This document shows positions 1-6,905 of a stretch of DNA of 64,000 bases, in pieces. The notes under the pieces are model-generated. The model was not told the DNA's origin. It saw nothing but the letters and a program-made list of their open reading frames with translations, and searched no databases. Source of the stretch: an uncultured Solirubrobacterales bacterium (GTDB lineage: Bacteria; Actinomycetota; Thermoleophilia; Solirubrobacterales; 70-9); NCBI GenBank assembly GCA_963695675.1, contig CAVOGY010000002.1, forward strand, positions 159,491 through 223,490, read 5' to 3'. Position 1 is the stretch's first letter. Every line of letters begins with the position of its first letter. A program made the translations under genes and the position numbers.

Positions 1-132
1 GAAGTTCACCTCCTCGCCCCGGCTCAGTGCGCCCCCGATCGCATTCAGCGTTACGTCGAGGGCCTCTCTCGTCTGCCTCTTGCTGAGCCCGGTCTTGGTG
101 CTGACGCGGTCAACTAACTCGGCCTTGGTCAT
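1..132 (-). CDS. hup: HU/IHF-family histone-like DNA-binding protein, N-terminal 44 codons (rest lies beyond window start)
   Basis: Minus-strand ATG at 130-132 preceded by AGGAGG. Translation is MTKAELVDRVSTKTGLSKRQTREALDVTLNAIGGALSRGEEVNF, a typical HU N-terminus. Absent from the ORF track because it is truncated. Confidence 0.8.
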   Translation of the reverse strand, partial: MTKAELVDRVSTKTGLSKRQTREALDVTLNAIGGALSRGEEVNF

Positions 133-150
133 TCTCCGACCTCCTGTTGA

Positions 151-375
151 TCAGTCCGACTCGTCCTCGTCATCGCCATTCAACTCAGCGACGCGCTCCT
201 CAAGGGAGGTCAGCGCGTCGTTGCGCGTGATGTAGAAGGAGATTCCGTCCCTGGTCACAGACGCGCCTGTCGGGCGGTGAGTCGCGGTCACCTGGTGCTT
301 GCGTCGGACGCGCTCCTCGGTGATGTCGATGTCCTCCATGCGGATTCTGTCGATATCAGCCACGTTCTTCTTCAC
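151..375 (-). CDS. small acidic hypothetical protein, directly upstream of hup in the same orientation
   Basis: 74-aa track ORF with AGGAGG at its 5' end. The true start may be GTG at 363 rather than 375. No family recognised. Confidence 0.45.
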   Translation of the reverse strand: MKKNVADIDRIRMEDIDITEERVRRKHQVTATHRPTGASVTRDGISFYITRNDALTSLEERVAELNGDDEDESD

Positions 376-593
376 CTCCTTTCATGGCTCCGCCTCGTTT
401 GCTCGGTGTTCGGGCCTGAAGACGCCGGGGCCATTCGTTCCCTGATGGCTTAATAACCCGTACTTCCCGAGTTCCCAATGTCTGTCCAGGGGCAAACAGG
501 GCGAAGATCCCCAAAGCTCGCTACTAGCGAGTTTTCCCTGACGTGATATGCGCTCGCCCGCTTCCCCGCCCATGCGGGCCTGCTCAGGGTTTC

Positions 594-690
594 GCTGCGA
601 CTTCGCCCACGCAGTATCTCGCGGCTACTCGCGAACCGCAGCTTTCCATCCAGACCGCCGCTTCTCGTCCAAAGCGGCTATCTGACGGCT
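594..690 (-). repeat. copy A of intergenic module: hairpin H1 (657-678) + degenerate H2 + GAGATACTGCGTGGGCG
   Basis: Minus strand reads GCCGCTTTGGACGAGAAGCGGC...GGATGGAAAGCTGC...GCGAGATACTGCGTGGGCGAAGTCGCAG. It matches the copies at 1290-1340, 3155-3230, 8415-8490 and 9141-9180. Confidence 0.7.
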
Positions 691-769
691 AAGTCTCCGA
701 GCGACTCAGTCTGCTGCATTCACGCGAAAGCGGAAGAGAGGTGGGACTGACTGACGGGACGTTGCTGAT

Positions 770-916
770 TCAGCTAGTCGTCGAGTCGCCCCGGGCGTCT
801 GCGGCCGCCTGCTTCCGCGCAGCCCTCTTGGCCTGCTTCTCAAGCCGACGCTCGCGGAGCTTGCGTTCACGGTTGAGCTTCGCCATCGTGGTCTTCCGCT
901 TGCTGCCTGAGGCCAT
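770..916 (-). CDS. 48-aa lysine/arginine-rich small protein immediately downstream of cspA
   Basis: ATG at 914-916 with AAGGAG 7 nt upstream; the RBS overlaps the cspA stop. Translation is MASGSKRKTTMAKLNRERKLRERRLEKQAKRAARKQAAADARGDSTTS. Below the track size cut-off. Confidence 0.45.
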   Translation of the reverse strand: MASGSKRKTTMAKLNRERKLRERRLEKQAKRAARKQAAADARGDSTTS

Positions 917-927
917 GCCTCTTCTCC

Positions 928-1131
928 TTAAAGCGCCTGGACGTTCGCGGCCGCCGGACCCTTGTCGCCCTGCTCGACGTCGTAGCTCACCTTGGCGCCC
1001 TCGGCCAGCGACTTGAAGCCGTCGCCCTGGATCGCGCTGTGGTGCACGAACACGTCCTTGCCGGAGTCATCCGGCGTGATGAATCCGAAGCCCTTGTCAT
1101 CGCTGAACCACTTCACTGTTCCTGTCGCCAT
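928..1131 (-). CDS. cspA: cold-shock protein (CSD, CspA family)
   Basis: [67 protein letters not shown] carries the RNP1/RNP2 motifs KGFGFI and VFVHH. The track ORF is over-extended upstream; ATG is at 1129-1131. Confidence 0.95.
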   Translation of the reverse strand: MATGTVKWFSDDKGFGFITPDDSGKDVFVHHSAIQGDGFKSLAEGAKVSYDVEQGDKGPAAANVQAL

Positions 1132-1289
1132 CTCGGTCCCTCCGTGTGGGTGCACTGCGAACGCGGAGGGTGCCCGGAGGCAACGACTGCGAAAACGCGG
1201 GGCACTACTTTGATCGAACGGATGCTCGACCCGAGGAGCCAGTCTAGCCGCTGCTTCGCGCGAGAAGCGAGCGCCAGGGTCGAAGAGCA

Positions 1290-1340
1290 GCTCCTGTCCG
1301 TGCAAAGCGGATAGCCGCTTCTCGTCCAAAGCGGCTATTC
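1290..1340 (-). repeat. copy B of intergenic module (H1 hairpin 1314-1335 + H2-like arm) between the RTX-like gene and cspA
   Basis: 25-nt identity (GCCGCTTCTCGTCCAAAGCGGCTAT on the plus strand) with 657-681. It lies about 107 nt downstream of the stop at 1442. Confidence 0.7.
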
Positions 1341-1441
1341 GGGAGTGATTCCCTCCGAGCCCGGGCGTCTGCGAGCACCGATCCCTCTCGGGGGGTGAAG
1401 GGCCCAGCGGCGCCCGGTACGCCGCTGGGCCTACGCGCGGG

Positions 1442-2242
1442 TCAGGGACCTGGGGGTGGAGACGGCTCGCAGGGGACCGGAGCGTCGACGGTCTGCGAGC
1501 CGAGGGTGACCCGCAGGAAGCCGGCGGCGGTGCAGGAATAGATGCCAACCGCGTCCCAATTCGGAGGGCTGAGCGAGCCGGCGCCGCCCACCGCGTTGGT
1601 GACGCCGCCACCAGCTTCGACGCTTCCCGGGCCCGCCGCAGCAGCCCCGTCGCCGGTGATGTGGAAGCTGCATCCCACCTCTCCGGTCAGCGGGTTGGGT
1701 GGGCCGCACATCGCATCGACGGTGAGGACCCGCAGGCCCTGGTTGGAACCACCGCCGCCGCCACCGCCGCCGCCGCCACCGCCGCCGGGCCCCTGTCCCG
1801 GAGTGGTGGTGCCCTGAACCGAGCCGCAGTTCCTGACGATCGAGATCTCCATCAGGTCGACGATGCACCTGTTGGTGCCGGAACCGCCGTCGATGACGCT
1901 GTCAGTGCGGCCGTCGGCGGCCTTCAGGACATCGTTGCCCGGACCGCCGAGGTGACGGTCGACTCCCTTGCCGCCAACTACAAGATCGTCTCCCTTGCCG
2001 CCCCTGAGTGTGTCGTTGCCGCCCTTGCCTTTGATCAGGTCGTTGCCGCCCTTGCCGTTGATCCTGTCGGACTTTTTGGTGCCGACGATCTTCTCGCTGC
2101 GCTTGCCGCCGGTGATCTTCTTCGCCACGGCGGGTCCCGCGGCCACGGCGAGGGCAAGGCAGAGAACGGCGACTGCAGAGATCAGCGGTGCCTTACCGAA
2201 ACTGCCCTTGCGCGGATGGCCTCCTCCGGGCACGCGTCCCAT
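1442..2242 (-). CDS. secreted protein with RTX-like Ca-binding GGxGxD repeats, a poly-Gly linker and a Cys-containing C-terminal domain
   Basis: AGGAGG sits 5 nt before the ATG. There is an N-terminal signal/TM segment ([23 protein letters not shown]). Repeats read [31 protein letters not shown], followed by a run of 13 Gly. Confidence 0.75.
   Translation of the reverse strand: MGRVPGGGHPRKGSFGKAPLISAVAVLCLALAVAAGPAVAKKITGGKRSEKIVGTKKSDRINGKGGNDLIKGKGGNDTLRGGKGDDLVVGGKGVDRHLGGPGNDVLKAADGRTDSVIDGGSGTNRCIVDLMEISIVRNCGSVQGTTTPGQGPGGGGGGGGGGGGGSNQGLRVLTVDAMCGPPNPLTGEVGCSFHITGDGAAAAGPGSVEAGGGVTNAVGGAGSLSPPNWDAVGIYSCTAAGFLRVTLGSQTVDAPVPCEPSPPPGP
1748..1786 (-). repeat. GGY trinucleotide tract encoding Gly13
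   Basis: Plus strand is (ACC/GCC)x13, uninterrupted, inside the CDS 1442-2242. Confidence 0.9.
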
Positions 2243-2482
2243 TCGGTCCTCCTGTTCAGTCTCATTTGGAGCCCCCCCGGGCCCCCGATGGCCGTTGAAG
2301 CTAGCGAAGTACCCGCCGAGCTACAACAGGGAACCGATGCGGGAACCCTTCGCCCAGGCAAGACCGCCGCAAGCTGGCTGTTACCCGGGGTGACTCGTTT
2401 CCAGAGGCTTGCGGCGGGTTATCGCCAGCGCTGCGATGGGTAGGAAGGTGCCGACTGATTACCCGACTCTCGGAGGTACACC

Positions 2483-2638
2483 TTGATCATCCTTGGCATT
2501 GTCTGTCTCATCCTCGGGGCGATATTCAACGCCGGCATCCTTTGGGTAATCGGCGTCATCTTGGTCGTGGTGGGTGTGATCTTCTGGATACTGGGCGCGC
2601 TGGGTCGCGCAGTAGGAGGGCGACGCCACTACTACTAG
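2483..2638 (+). CDS. 51-aa two-TM small membrane protein
   Basis: TTG start with GGAGG 6 nt upstream. Translation is (M)IILGIVCLILGAIFNAGILWVIGVILVVVGVIFWILGALGRAVGGRRHYY. It resembles the small ORF at 50035-50202. The opposite-strand track ORF 2459-2719 looks spurious. Confidence 0.5.
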   Translation: MIILGIVCLILGAIFNAGILWVIGVILVVVGVIFWILGALGRAVGGRRHYY

Positions 2639-2875
2639 TTGGATCGGAAGGGAATTTCGTGTTAGGCCCGAGCGGCCAGGTCCGGATCGGGCAACGCGGT
2701 CCTGCAGGGTGCAAATCACCGCAAATGGGCCAAAGCCCGAGTCTCTGCTAGTGCTGACGTTGAATTGAGGGGGTTAGGGAGCCGTCCTCGCCTACGGTGC
2801 CGGAAGTGTCGGGTTCCCCCGGTTGGTTTGCTTCCTTCCCCAGCCCCCTCAACTGAGCCCGGACGAAAGGAGCTC

Positions 2876-3034
2876 ATGTCAACTCGACTCACTCCGACTT
2901 GCGACCGGTGCGGAGGCCCACCAGGAACCGGCTTCATCATCGACCCGGAATCCCTAGGGGTGCTTTGTCTGGCTTGCGCGATCCCAACGAATCGGAGCGC
3001 GAGCGGATCACGACCGATGCGGTTCGGGAGCTGA
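2876..3034 (+). CDS. 52-aa CxxC...CxxC zinc-ribbon-like small protein (possibly the 5' part of a frameshifted gene ending at 3120)
   Basis: AAGGAG precedes the ATG at 2876. Translation is MSTRLTPTCDRCGGPPGTGFIIDPESLGVLCLACA... From about 2975 the more protein-like frame is the one ending at 3120 (DPNESERERITTDAVRELMLRFEGEKGRRPESIAEFSAWVEEQGDA). Confidence 0.3.
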   Translation: MSTRLTPTCDRCGGPPGTGFIIDPESLGVLCLACAIPTNRSASGSRPMRFGS

Positions 3035-3154
3035 TGCTTCGGTTCGAGGGGGAGAAAGGGCGACGGCCCGAATCCATCGCTGAGTTCTCAGCGTGGGTTG
3101 AGGAGCAGGGAGACGCCTAAGCCGTAGCCCTTTCCTCGCTTATCAGTGCTTTTA

Positions 3155-3230
3155 GAAACCGCTGCTTTGCATGGAAAGCAGCACTTTTGCTCGGGAGCGA
3201 GATACTGCGTGGGCGATGTCGGAGGAGAGT
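3155..3230 (+). repeat. copy C of intergenic module: H2 hairpin 3161-3182, GATACT 3201-3206, ATGTCGGAGGAGA 3216-3228
   Basis: GCTGCTTTGCATGGAAAGCAGC (8-bp stem), then GCGAGATACTGCGTGGGCGATGTCGGAGGAG. Similarity to the NTF2 gene starts ends after MSEE. Confidence 0.75.
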
Positions 3231-3282
3231 CAATTGCCATGCCGACCGCATTCGGATGACAGCTCAACGAAGGAGGACCGAG

Positions 3283-3555
3283 TTGGTTTTGTCGACTGCG
3301 AAGATCGAGGATTTCGACCGCTGGTGGAACGCGTTCTCTACCAAGGGCGCTGAAAAGCGAAGGCAGCACGGCAGTAAGGGTTCGCAGGTTTTTCGCGATC
3401 CGGACGACGATCGCCGGGTGTTGGTGGTTTTCGACTGGGACGAGGAAGGCTTTCGGAACTTCGTGTCCGACCCCGATATGGCCGCGGTCTTTGAAGAAGG
3501 TGGGATTCAAGGGAAGCCCCAGGCGGCCGAGTTCGTCCGGGAGCACGACGCCTAG
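3283..3555 (+). CDS. small conserved hypothetical protein (possibly dimeric alpha/beta-barrel type)
   Basis: TTG at 3283 with AAGGAGG 6 nt upstream; the alternative start is ATG 3256. Translation is VLSTAKIEDFDRWWNAFSTKGAEKRRQHGSKGSQVFRDPDDDRRVLVVFDWDEEGFRNFVSDPDMAAVFEEGG. The fold assignment is only a guess. Confidence 0.55.
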   Translation: MVLSTAKIEDFDRWWNAFSTKGAEKRRQHGSKGSQVFRDPDDDRRVLVVFDWDEEGFRNFVSDPDMAAVFEEGGIQGKPQAAEFVREHDA

Positions 3556-3622
3556 TCCAAGCGGAATCGACCGAAGGAGTCCGAGGACGGCCCTCGAAGC
3601 CGCCGGGCTGCGGGAGTAGGCG

Positions 3623-4024
3623 ATGTCGCGGGAGAATGTCGAGATCGTCCGCCGCTCGTTCGACGCCTGGAACGAGTGGGACGTCGAGGCAATCCGAAGC
3701 CTCTACGCCAACGACGTCGTGGTCGAGACAGGGATCACGGAGTTCGGCAGGACCTTCGAGGGCGACGACCCAATCCGGCGCTGGGTTGTGGAGATACGGG
3801 AGACATGGGGCGAGCTGCACTGGGATTACGAACGCATTTTCGAAGGCGAAGCCGATGACGTGGTGGTGAGCTTCTACCGAGCGATCGGCATTGGTCGCGA
3901 GAGCGGCGTCGAGGTCGTGCGTGACCTGACGGGCGTCTACCGTCTTCGCGACGGCCTGATCGTGAGCGAGCACGTCTACCTCGACCGCGAGGTGGCCCTC
4001 GAAGCCGCCGGGCTGTCGGAGTAG
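3623..4024 (+). CDS. NTF2/SnoaL-like superfamily protein
   Basis: 133 aa: [33 protein letters not shown]...[13 protein letters not shown]. It shares its N- and C-terminal signatures with 8474-8878 and with the fragments at 4028 and 9160. Confidence 0.85.
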   Translation: MSRENVEIVRRSFDAWNEWDVEAIRSLYANDVVVETGITEFGRTFEGDDPIRRWVVEIRETWGELHWDYERIFEGEADDVVVSFYRAIGIGRESGVEVVRDLTGVYRLRDGLIVSEHVYLDREVALEAAGLSE

Positions 4025-4027
4025 GCG

Positions 4028-4180
4028 ATGTCGCAGGAGAACGTGGAGCTTGTTCTTACCTTCATCGACGCGTACCACCGTGGCGACCGCGAAGCCAGCC
4101 GATATTGCAGATCCGAACAACTCCGGCCTGGCGCCTACAGCCCGCGACGCGTGGGTTCGGATGAAGAACTTCAGCCATAA
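4028..4180 (+). pseudogene. truncated NTF2/SnoaL-like gene fragment (only about 23 family-like codons)
   Basis: It starts 3 nt after the stop of the previous gene (TAG GCG ATG). [23 protein letters not shown] is followed by unrelated sequence and a TAA at 4178, overlapping the protease start. Confidence 0.5.
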
Positions 4181-5525
4181 AGCTTTGGGATGTCGAAAGT
4201 GGCGACTCCTGCTCGCGGCAGGGGCGGCGCTCGCAGCGCCACTGCTGATCCCGCCGGGCGGCTTCGCTCTCGCGGCCGGGCAATACGAGCTTGGACCCAA
4301 GCTCGCACCAGGCGTCTTCCTGGCTGAGGCGCCGGGCCGGCAGTCAGCCGACCGCCAGGCACCTCGCTCAAACGATCTACAGCAGCGGATCGTCGGCGGC
4401 AATCCGACGACGATCGCGGAATGGCCGTGGCAGGCGGCGGTCACCCTCAATCCTGCCTCCTCCTCGGGAAATGGCCTTGACCGACAATTTTGCGGCGGAA
4501 CGCTGGTGGCTCCGACAATCATCGTCACCGCGGCGCACTGCGTCTACAACAACATCTTCGGCACGTTCTATCCAGCCAGCCGTCAGGCGTCGATCACCGG
4601 GCGCACCACGCTCTCTAATTCGAGCCAAGGACAGGAAATCGCCTGGAGCCGACTCTTATTCTTCGCCGACAGCTCGGGCAAGCCGCTTTTCAACCCAAAC
4701 ACAATGGATTGGGACGTTGTCTTCGCCGAGCTCAGCTCACCGTCGCCCTCCTCGAACTCCACCCCGATCCAGATCGCCGGCGCCGACGAGGCCTCCTTCT
4801 GGGCGCCCGGCAACGAGAACGCCTGGGCCACCGGCTGGGGGGCGATCTCGTCCGGCGGCCCCAAAAGCGACAGCTTGCGCGAGGTGAACATCGACAGGAT
4901 CGCCGATTCAAGCTGCGGCGCACAGACCTCCTACGGCAGCGATTTCCATCCCGAGACGATGGTCTGCGCCGGGGAGCTAGCGGGCGGCCAGGACACCTGC
5001 CAGGGCGACAGCGGCGGTCCCCTCGTGACCCCGATCGGCGGCGGGGCGTTCCGGCTGATCGGCGATACGAGCTTTGGCGTTGACTGTGCCACGCCGAACT
5101 TCCCCGGCGTCTACGGCCGGGTGGCGGAACACCCGATGTGCACCGCCCTTCAGGAAGGCATCCAGAATGTCGCCGGCGTGAACGTGGTGGGGGCCGGGGG
5201 TTGTCTGGGCGCACCTGCGCCGCCGCCGCCAGGTGCGGCGCCGCCGACCTGCAAGGGCGTCCCGGCGACCATCGTCGGCACGTCGGGCAACGACGTGCTC
5301 AGCGGCACGCCCGGTCGGGATGTGATCGTCGGCCTGACGGGCAATGACAAGCTGAGTGGCCTCGCCGGCAACGACCTGATCTGCGGCGGCAAGGGCAACG
5401 ACACGCTCAAGGGCGGCAAGGGCAAGGACACGCTCAAGGGCGGCAAGGGCAAGGACAAGCTCGTCGGCGGCGCCGGCAAGGACAAGCTCATCGGTGGCGC
5501 CGGCAAAGACAAGCAGATCCAATAG
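4161..5525 (+). CDS. secreted trypsin-like (S1) serine protease with C-terminal RTX-like GGxGxD repeats
   Basis: Signal-like N-terminus ([19 protein letters not shown]). S1 motifs are IVGG, TAAHC and GDSGGPL. The C-terminus reads [57 protein letters not shown]. The start was chosen at ATG 4161; the track start 4050 lies inside the NTF2 fragment. Confidence 0.85.
   Translation: MKNFSHKALGCRKWRLLLAAGAALAAPLLIPPGGFALAAGQYELGPKLAPGVFLAEAPGRQSADRQAPRSNDLQQRIVGGNPTTIAEWPWQAAVTLNPASSSGNGLDRQFCGGTLVAPTIIVTAAHCVYNNIFGTFYPASRQASITGRTTLSNSSQGQEIAWSRLLFFADSSGKPLFNPNTMDWDVVFAELSSPSPSSNSTPIQIAGADEASFWAPGNENAWATGWGAISSGGPKSDSLREVNIDRIADSSCGAQTSYGSDFHPETMVCAGELAGGQDTCQGDSGGPLVTPIGGGAFRLIGDTSFGVDCATPNFPGVYGRVAEHPMCTALQEGIQNVAGVNVVGAGGCLGAPAPPPPGAAPPTCKGVPATIVGTSGNDVLSGTPGRDVIVGLTGNDKLSGLAGNDLICGGKGNDTLKGGKGKDTLKGGKGKDKLVGGAGKDKLIGGAGKDKQIQ
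5385..5519 (+). repeat. five tandem 27-nt repeats encoding the nonapeptide GGxGxDxLx
   Basis: Unit boundaries are 5385, 5412, 5439, 5466 and 5493. Units 1-2 are GGCGGCAAGGGCAA(C/G)GACACGCTCAAG. The repeats are coding, inside the protease gene. Confidence 0.9.
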
Positions 5526-5646
5526 GGAGGCTCACTACCCCGTCGTTCCCCCTGGGGGACATACGTAGTCCGCACTGAGGGCGGACCGTTGCAGACGGGA
5601 CCGAGCCGGAACAGAATGGGGCGTCAACCCACATGGGGAGGATTCA

Positions 5647-6084
5647 ATGAAGAAGCTAATCGTTCTCGCACTGTCAACGGGGTTGCTGGTATGGGTCCTC
5701 GGGGTTGGCGCGAATAGCGCTGACGCTGCCTGTTCGACCAAATGTCTCACCAAGAAGATCAACAAACTGCAGAGCCAGGTTGGGGCCCTCAATGCGCAGG
5801 TCCAGAGCCTCAACACGCAGGTCCAGACACTCAACACGGACAACGCCTGCATCCAAAGAGCGTCGGTGACTCAGTACTTCGGCTACAACTACACCACCCC
5901 GTCCAGCTCGTTCAATACGACTGCGCTGGACTTCACCGAGCCAGGAGACCCGATTGATGCTTGGCTGCTGGCAATACCGCCAGGAACCTGCGGGACGGCC
6001 ACGTCTAGGACCGCTGGTGCCAGCCACGCGACGGGTGCTTTCCAGCCCTGGCAGCCAGCCGGCTCACCCCAAACGAAGCACTAG
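5647..6084 (+). CDS. secreted hypothetical protein with a Q/N-rich coiled-coil-like segment
   Basis: GGGGAGG RBS and a signal peptide (MKKLIVLALSTGLLVWVLGVGANSADA). A heptad-like stretch reads KINKLQSQVGALNAQVQSLNTQVQTLNTDN. Confidence 0.6.
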   Translation: MKKLIVLALSTGLLVWVLGVGANSADAACSTKCLTKKINKLQSQVGALNAQVQSLNTQVQTLNTDNACIQRASVTQYFGYNYTTPSSSFNTTALDFTEPGDPIDAWLLAIPPGTCGTATSRTAGASHATGAFQPWQPAGSPQTKH

Positions 6085-6213
6085 GTTGAAGACACATTAG
6101 GCCCGCATGCCTCGGGAGGCCCGCTTCGGCGGGCCTCCCCGACGCCCACGGCGATGGTTCGCGGCTGTGCGAAGCTCGGTCTCGGATCGCGCAGATCGAG
6201 CCGACGCTAGCGG

Positions 6214-6253
6214 GGGATACTGCCTGGCGATGTCGGAGGAGAACCTGGAGCTC
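6214..6253 (+). repeat. copy F of the GATACT + ATGTCGGAGGAGAAC start module, grafted onto a VOC-family gene
   Basis: GGGGATACTGCCTGGCGATGTCGGAGGAGAACCTGGAGCTC aligns with GAGATACTGCGTGGGCGATGTCGGAGGAGAACGTGGAGATC at 9143-9183. Confidence 0.7.
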
Positions 6254-6874
6254 GACCACGTACTGCTCGCGGTGGCCGACCTGGATGCGGCCGCGCGCGA
6301 GATAGAAGCGCGGTACGGCCTGACTTCGGTCGAGGGTGGCCGTCACCCCGGGTGGGGCACGGCCAACCGAATCGTGCCGCTCGGCGAGACCTATCTCGAG
6401 TTGATCACCGTCATCGACGAGGCCGAGGCGGCGCAGAGCCGGTTTGGGAGCTGGGTCGCCGCTGCGCAGCCCGCCCTCGCCCGACCGCTCGGCTGGGCTG
6501 TCCGCACCAATGCGCTCGACGATGTCGCCGGCCGACTCGGCCTTGCGGTGAGCGCCAACTCGAGGGCCACCCAAAGCGGCCAACTCCTACGCTGGCGGGT
6601 TGCCGGTATCGAGCAGGCCGTCGCCGAGCCGTTGGTCCCCATCATCATCGAGTGGGGGCCGGGGACGCCCCTACCAGGCCGCTCCCCGACCGCCCACCCG
6701 GCGGGCCGCGTGAAGATCGCAAAGCTGCAGCTGACCGGAGACGAGGATCGCGTCGCGGCCTGGCTCGGCACTCACCATCTGCCGATCGAGGTGCGACCGG
6801 GTACTCCCGGCCTCGTGAGCATCACCCTCACCGGACCGGCAGACGAGATCGTGATCGACGCCCGGCATCTGTAG
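6230..6874 (+). CDS. VOC/glyoxalase-like domain protein
   Basis: MSEENLELDHVLLAVADLDAAAREIEARYGLTSVEGGRHPGWGTANRIVPLGETYLELI is a typical glyoxalase-like N-terminus. The start was set at ATG 6230, 8 nt after GATACT; the track ORF begins at 6107. Confidence 0.7.
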   Translation: MSEENLELDHVLLAVADLDAAAREIEARYGLTSVEGGRHPGWGTANRIVPLGETYLELITVIDEAEAAQSRFGSWVAAAQPALARPLGWAVRTNALDDVAGRLGLAVSANSRATQSGQLLRWRVAGIEQAVAEPLVPIIIEWGPGTPLPGRSPTAHPAGRVKIAKLQLTGDEDRVAAWLGTHHLPIEVRPGTPGLVSITLTGPADEIVIDARHL

Positions 6875-6905
6875 CCGACGCGAGGGCCGCGTTAGCATCG
6901 CCGCG

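Noticed and set aside
382-573. 63-aa minus-strand ORF in the hup-operon leader
   Set aside because: It has no RBS and an implausible composition, and it lies in a hairpin-rich, lower-GC stretch. It is treated as non-coding leader (see the finding for 376-700).
1241-1246. TAGACT as the cspA -10 promoter element
   Set aside because: It occupies a position analogous to GATACT in the other module copies, but no acceptable -35 lies 16-19 nt upstream. It is too weak to list as a feature.
3338-4528. 396-aa minus-strand track ORF spanning the NTF2 gene and the protease start
   Set aside because: It is antisense to genes with clear family signatures. The product is Arg/Pro/Gly/Ala-rich with no motif, which is typical of spurious long ORFs in very GC-rich DNA.
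5385-5519. Regularly spaced 27-nt direct repeats, checked as a possible CRISPR array
   Set aside because: The repeats are contiguous with no spacers and are in frame. They encode GGxGxD nonapeptides inside the protease CDS. No cas genes are present.
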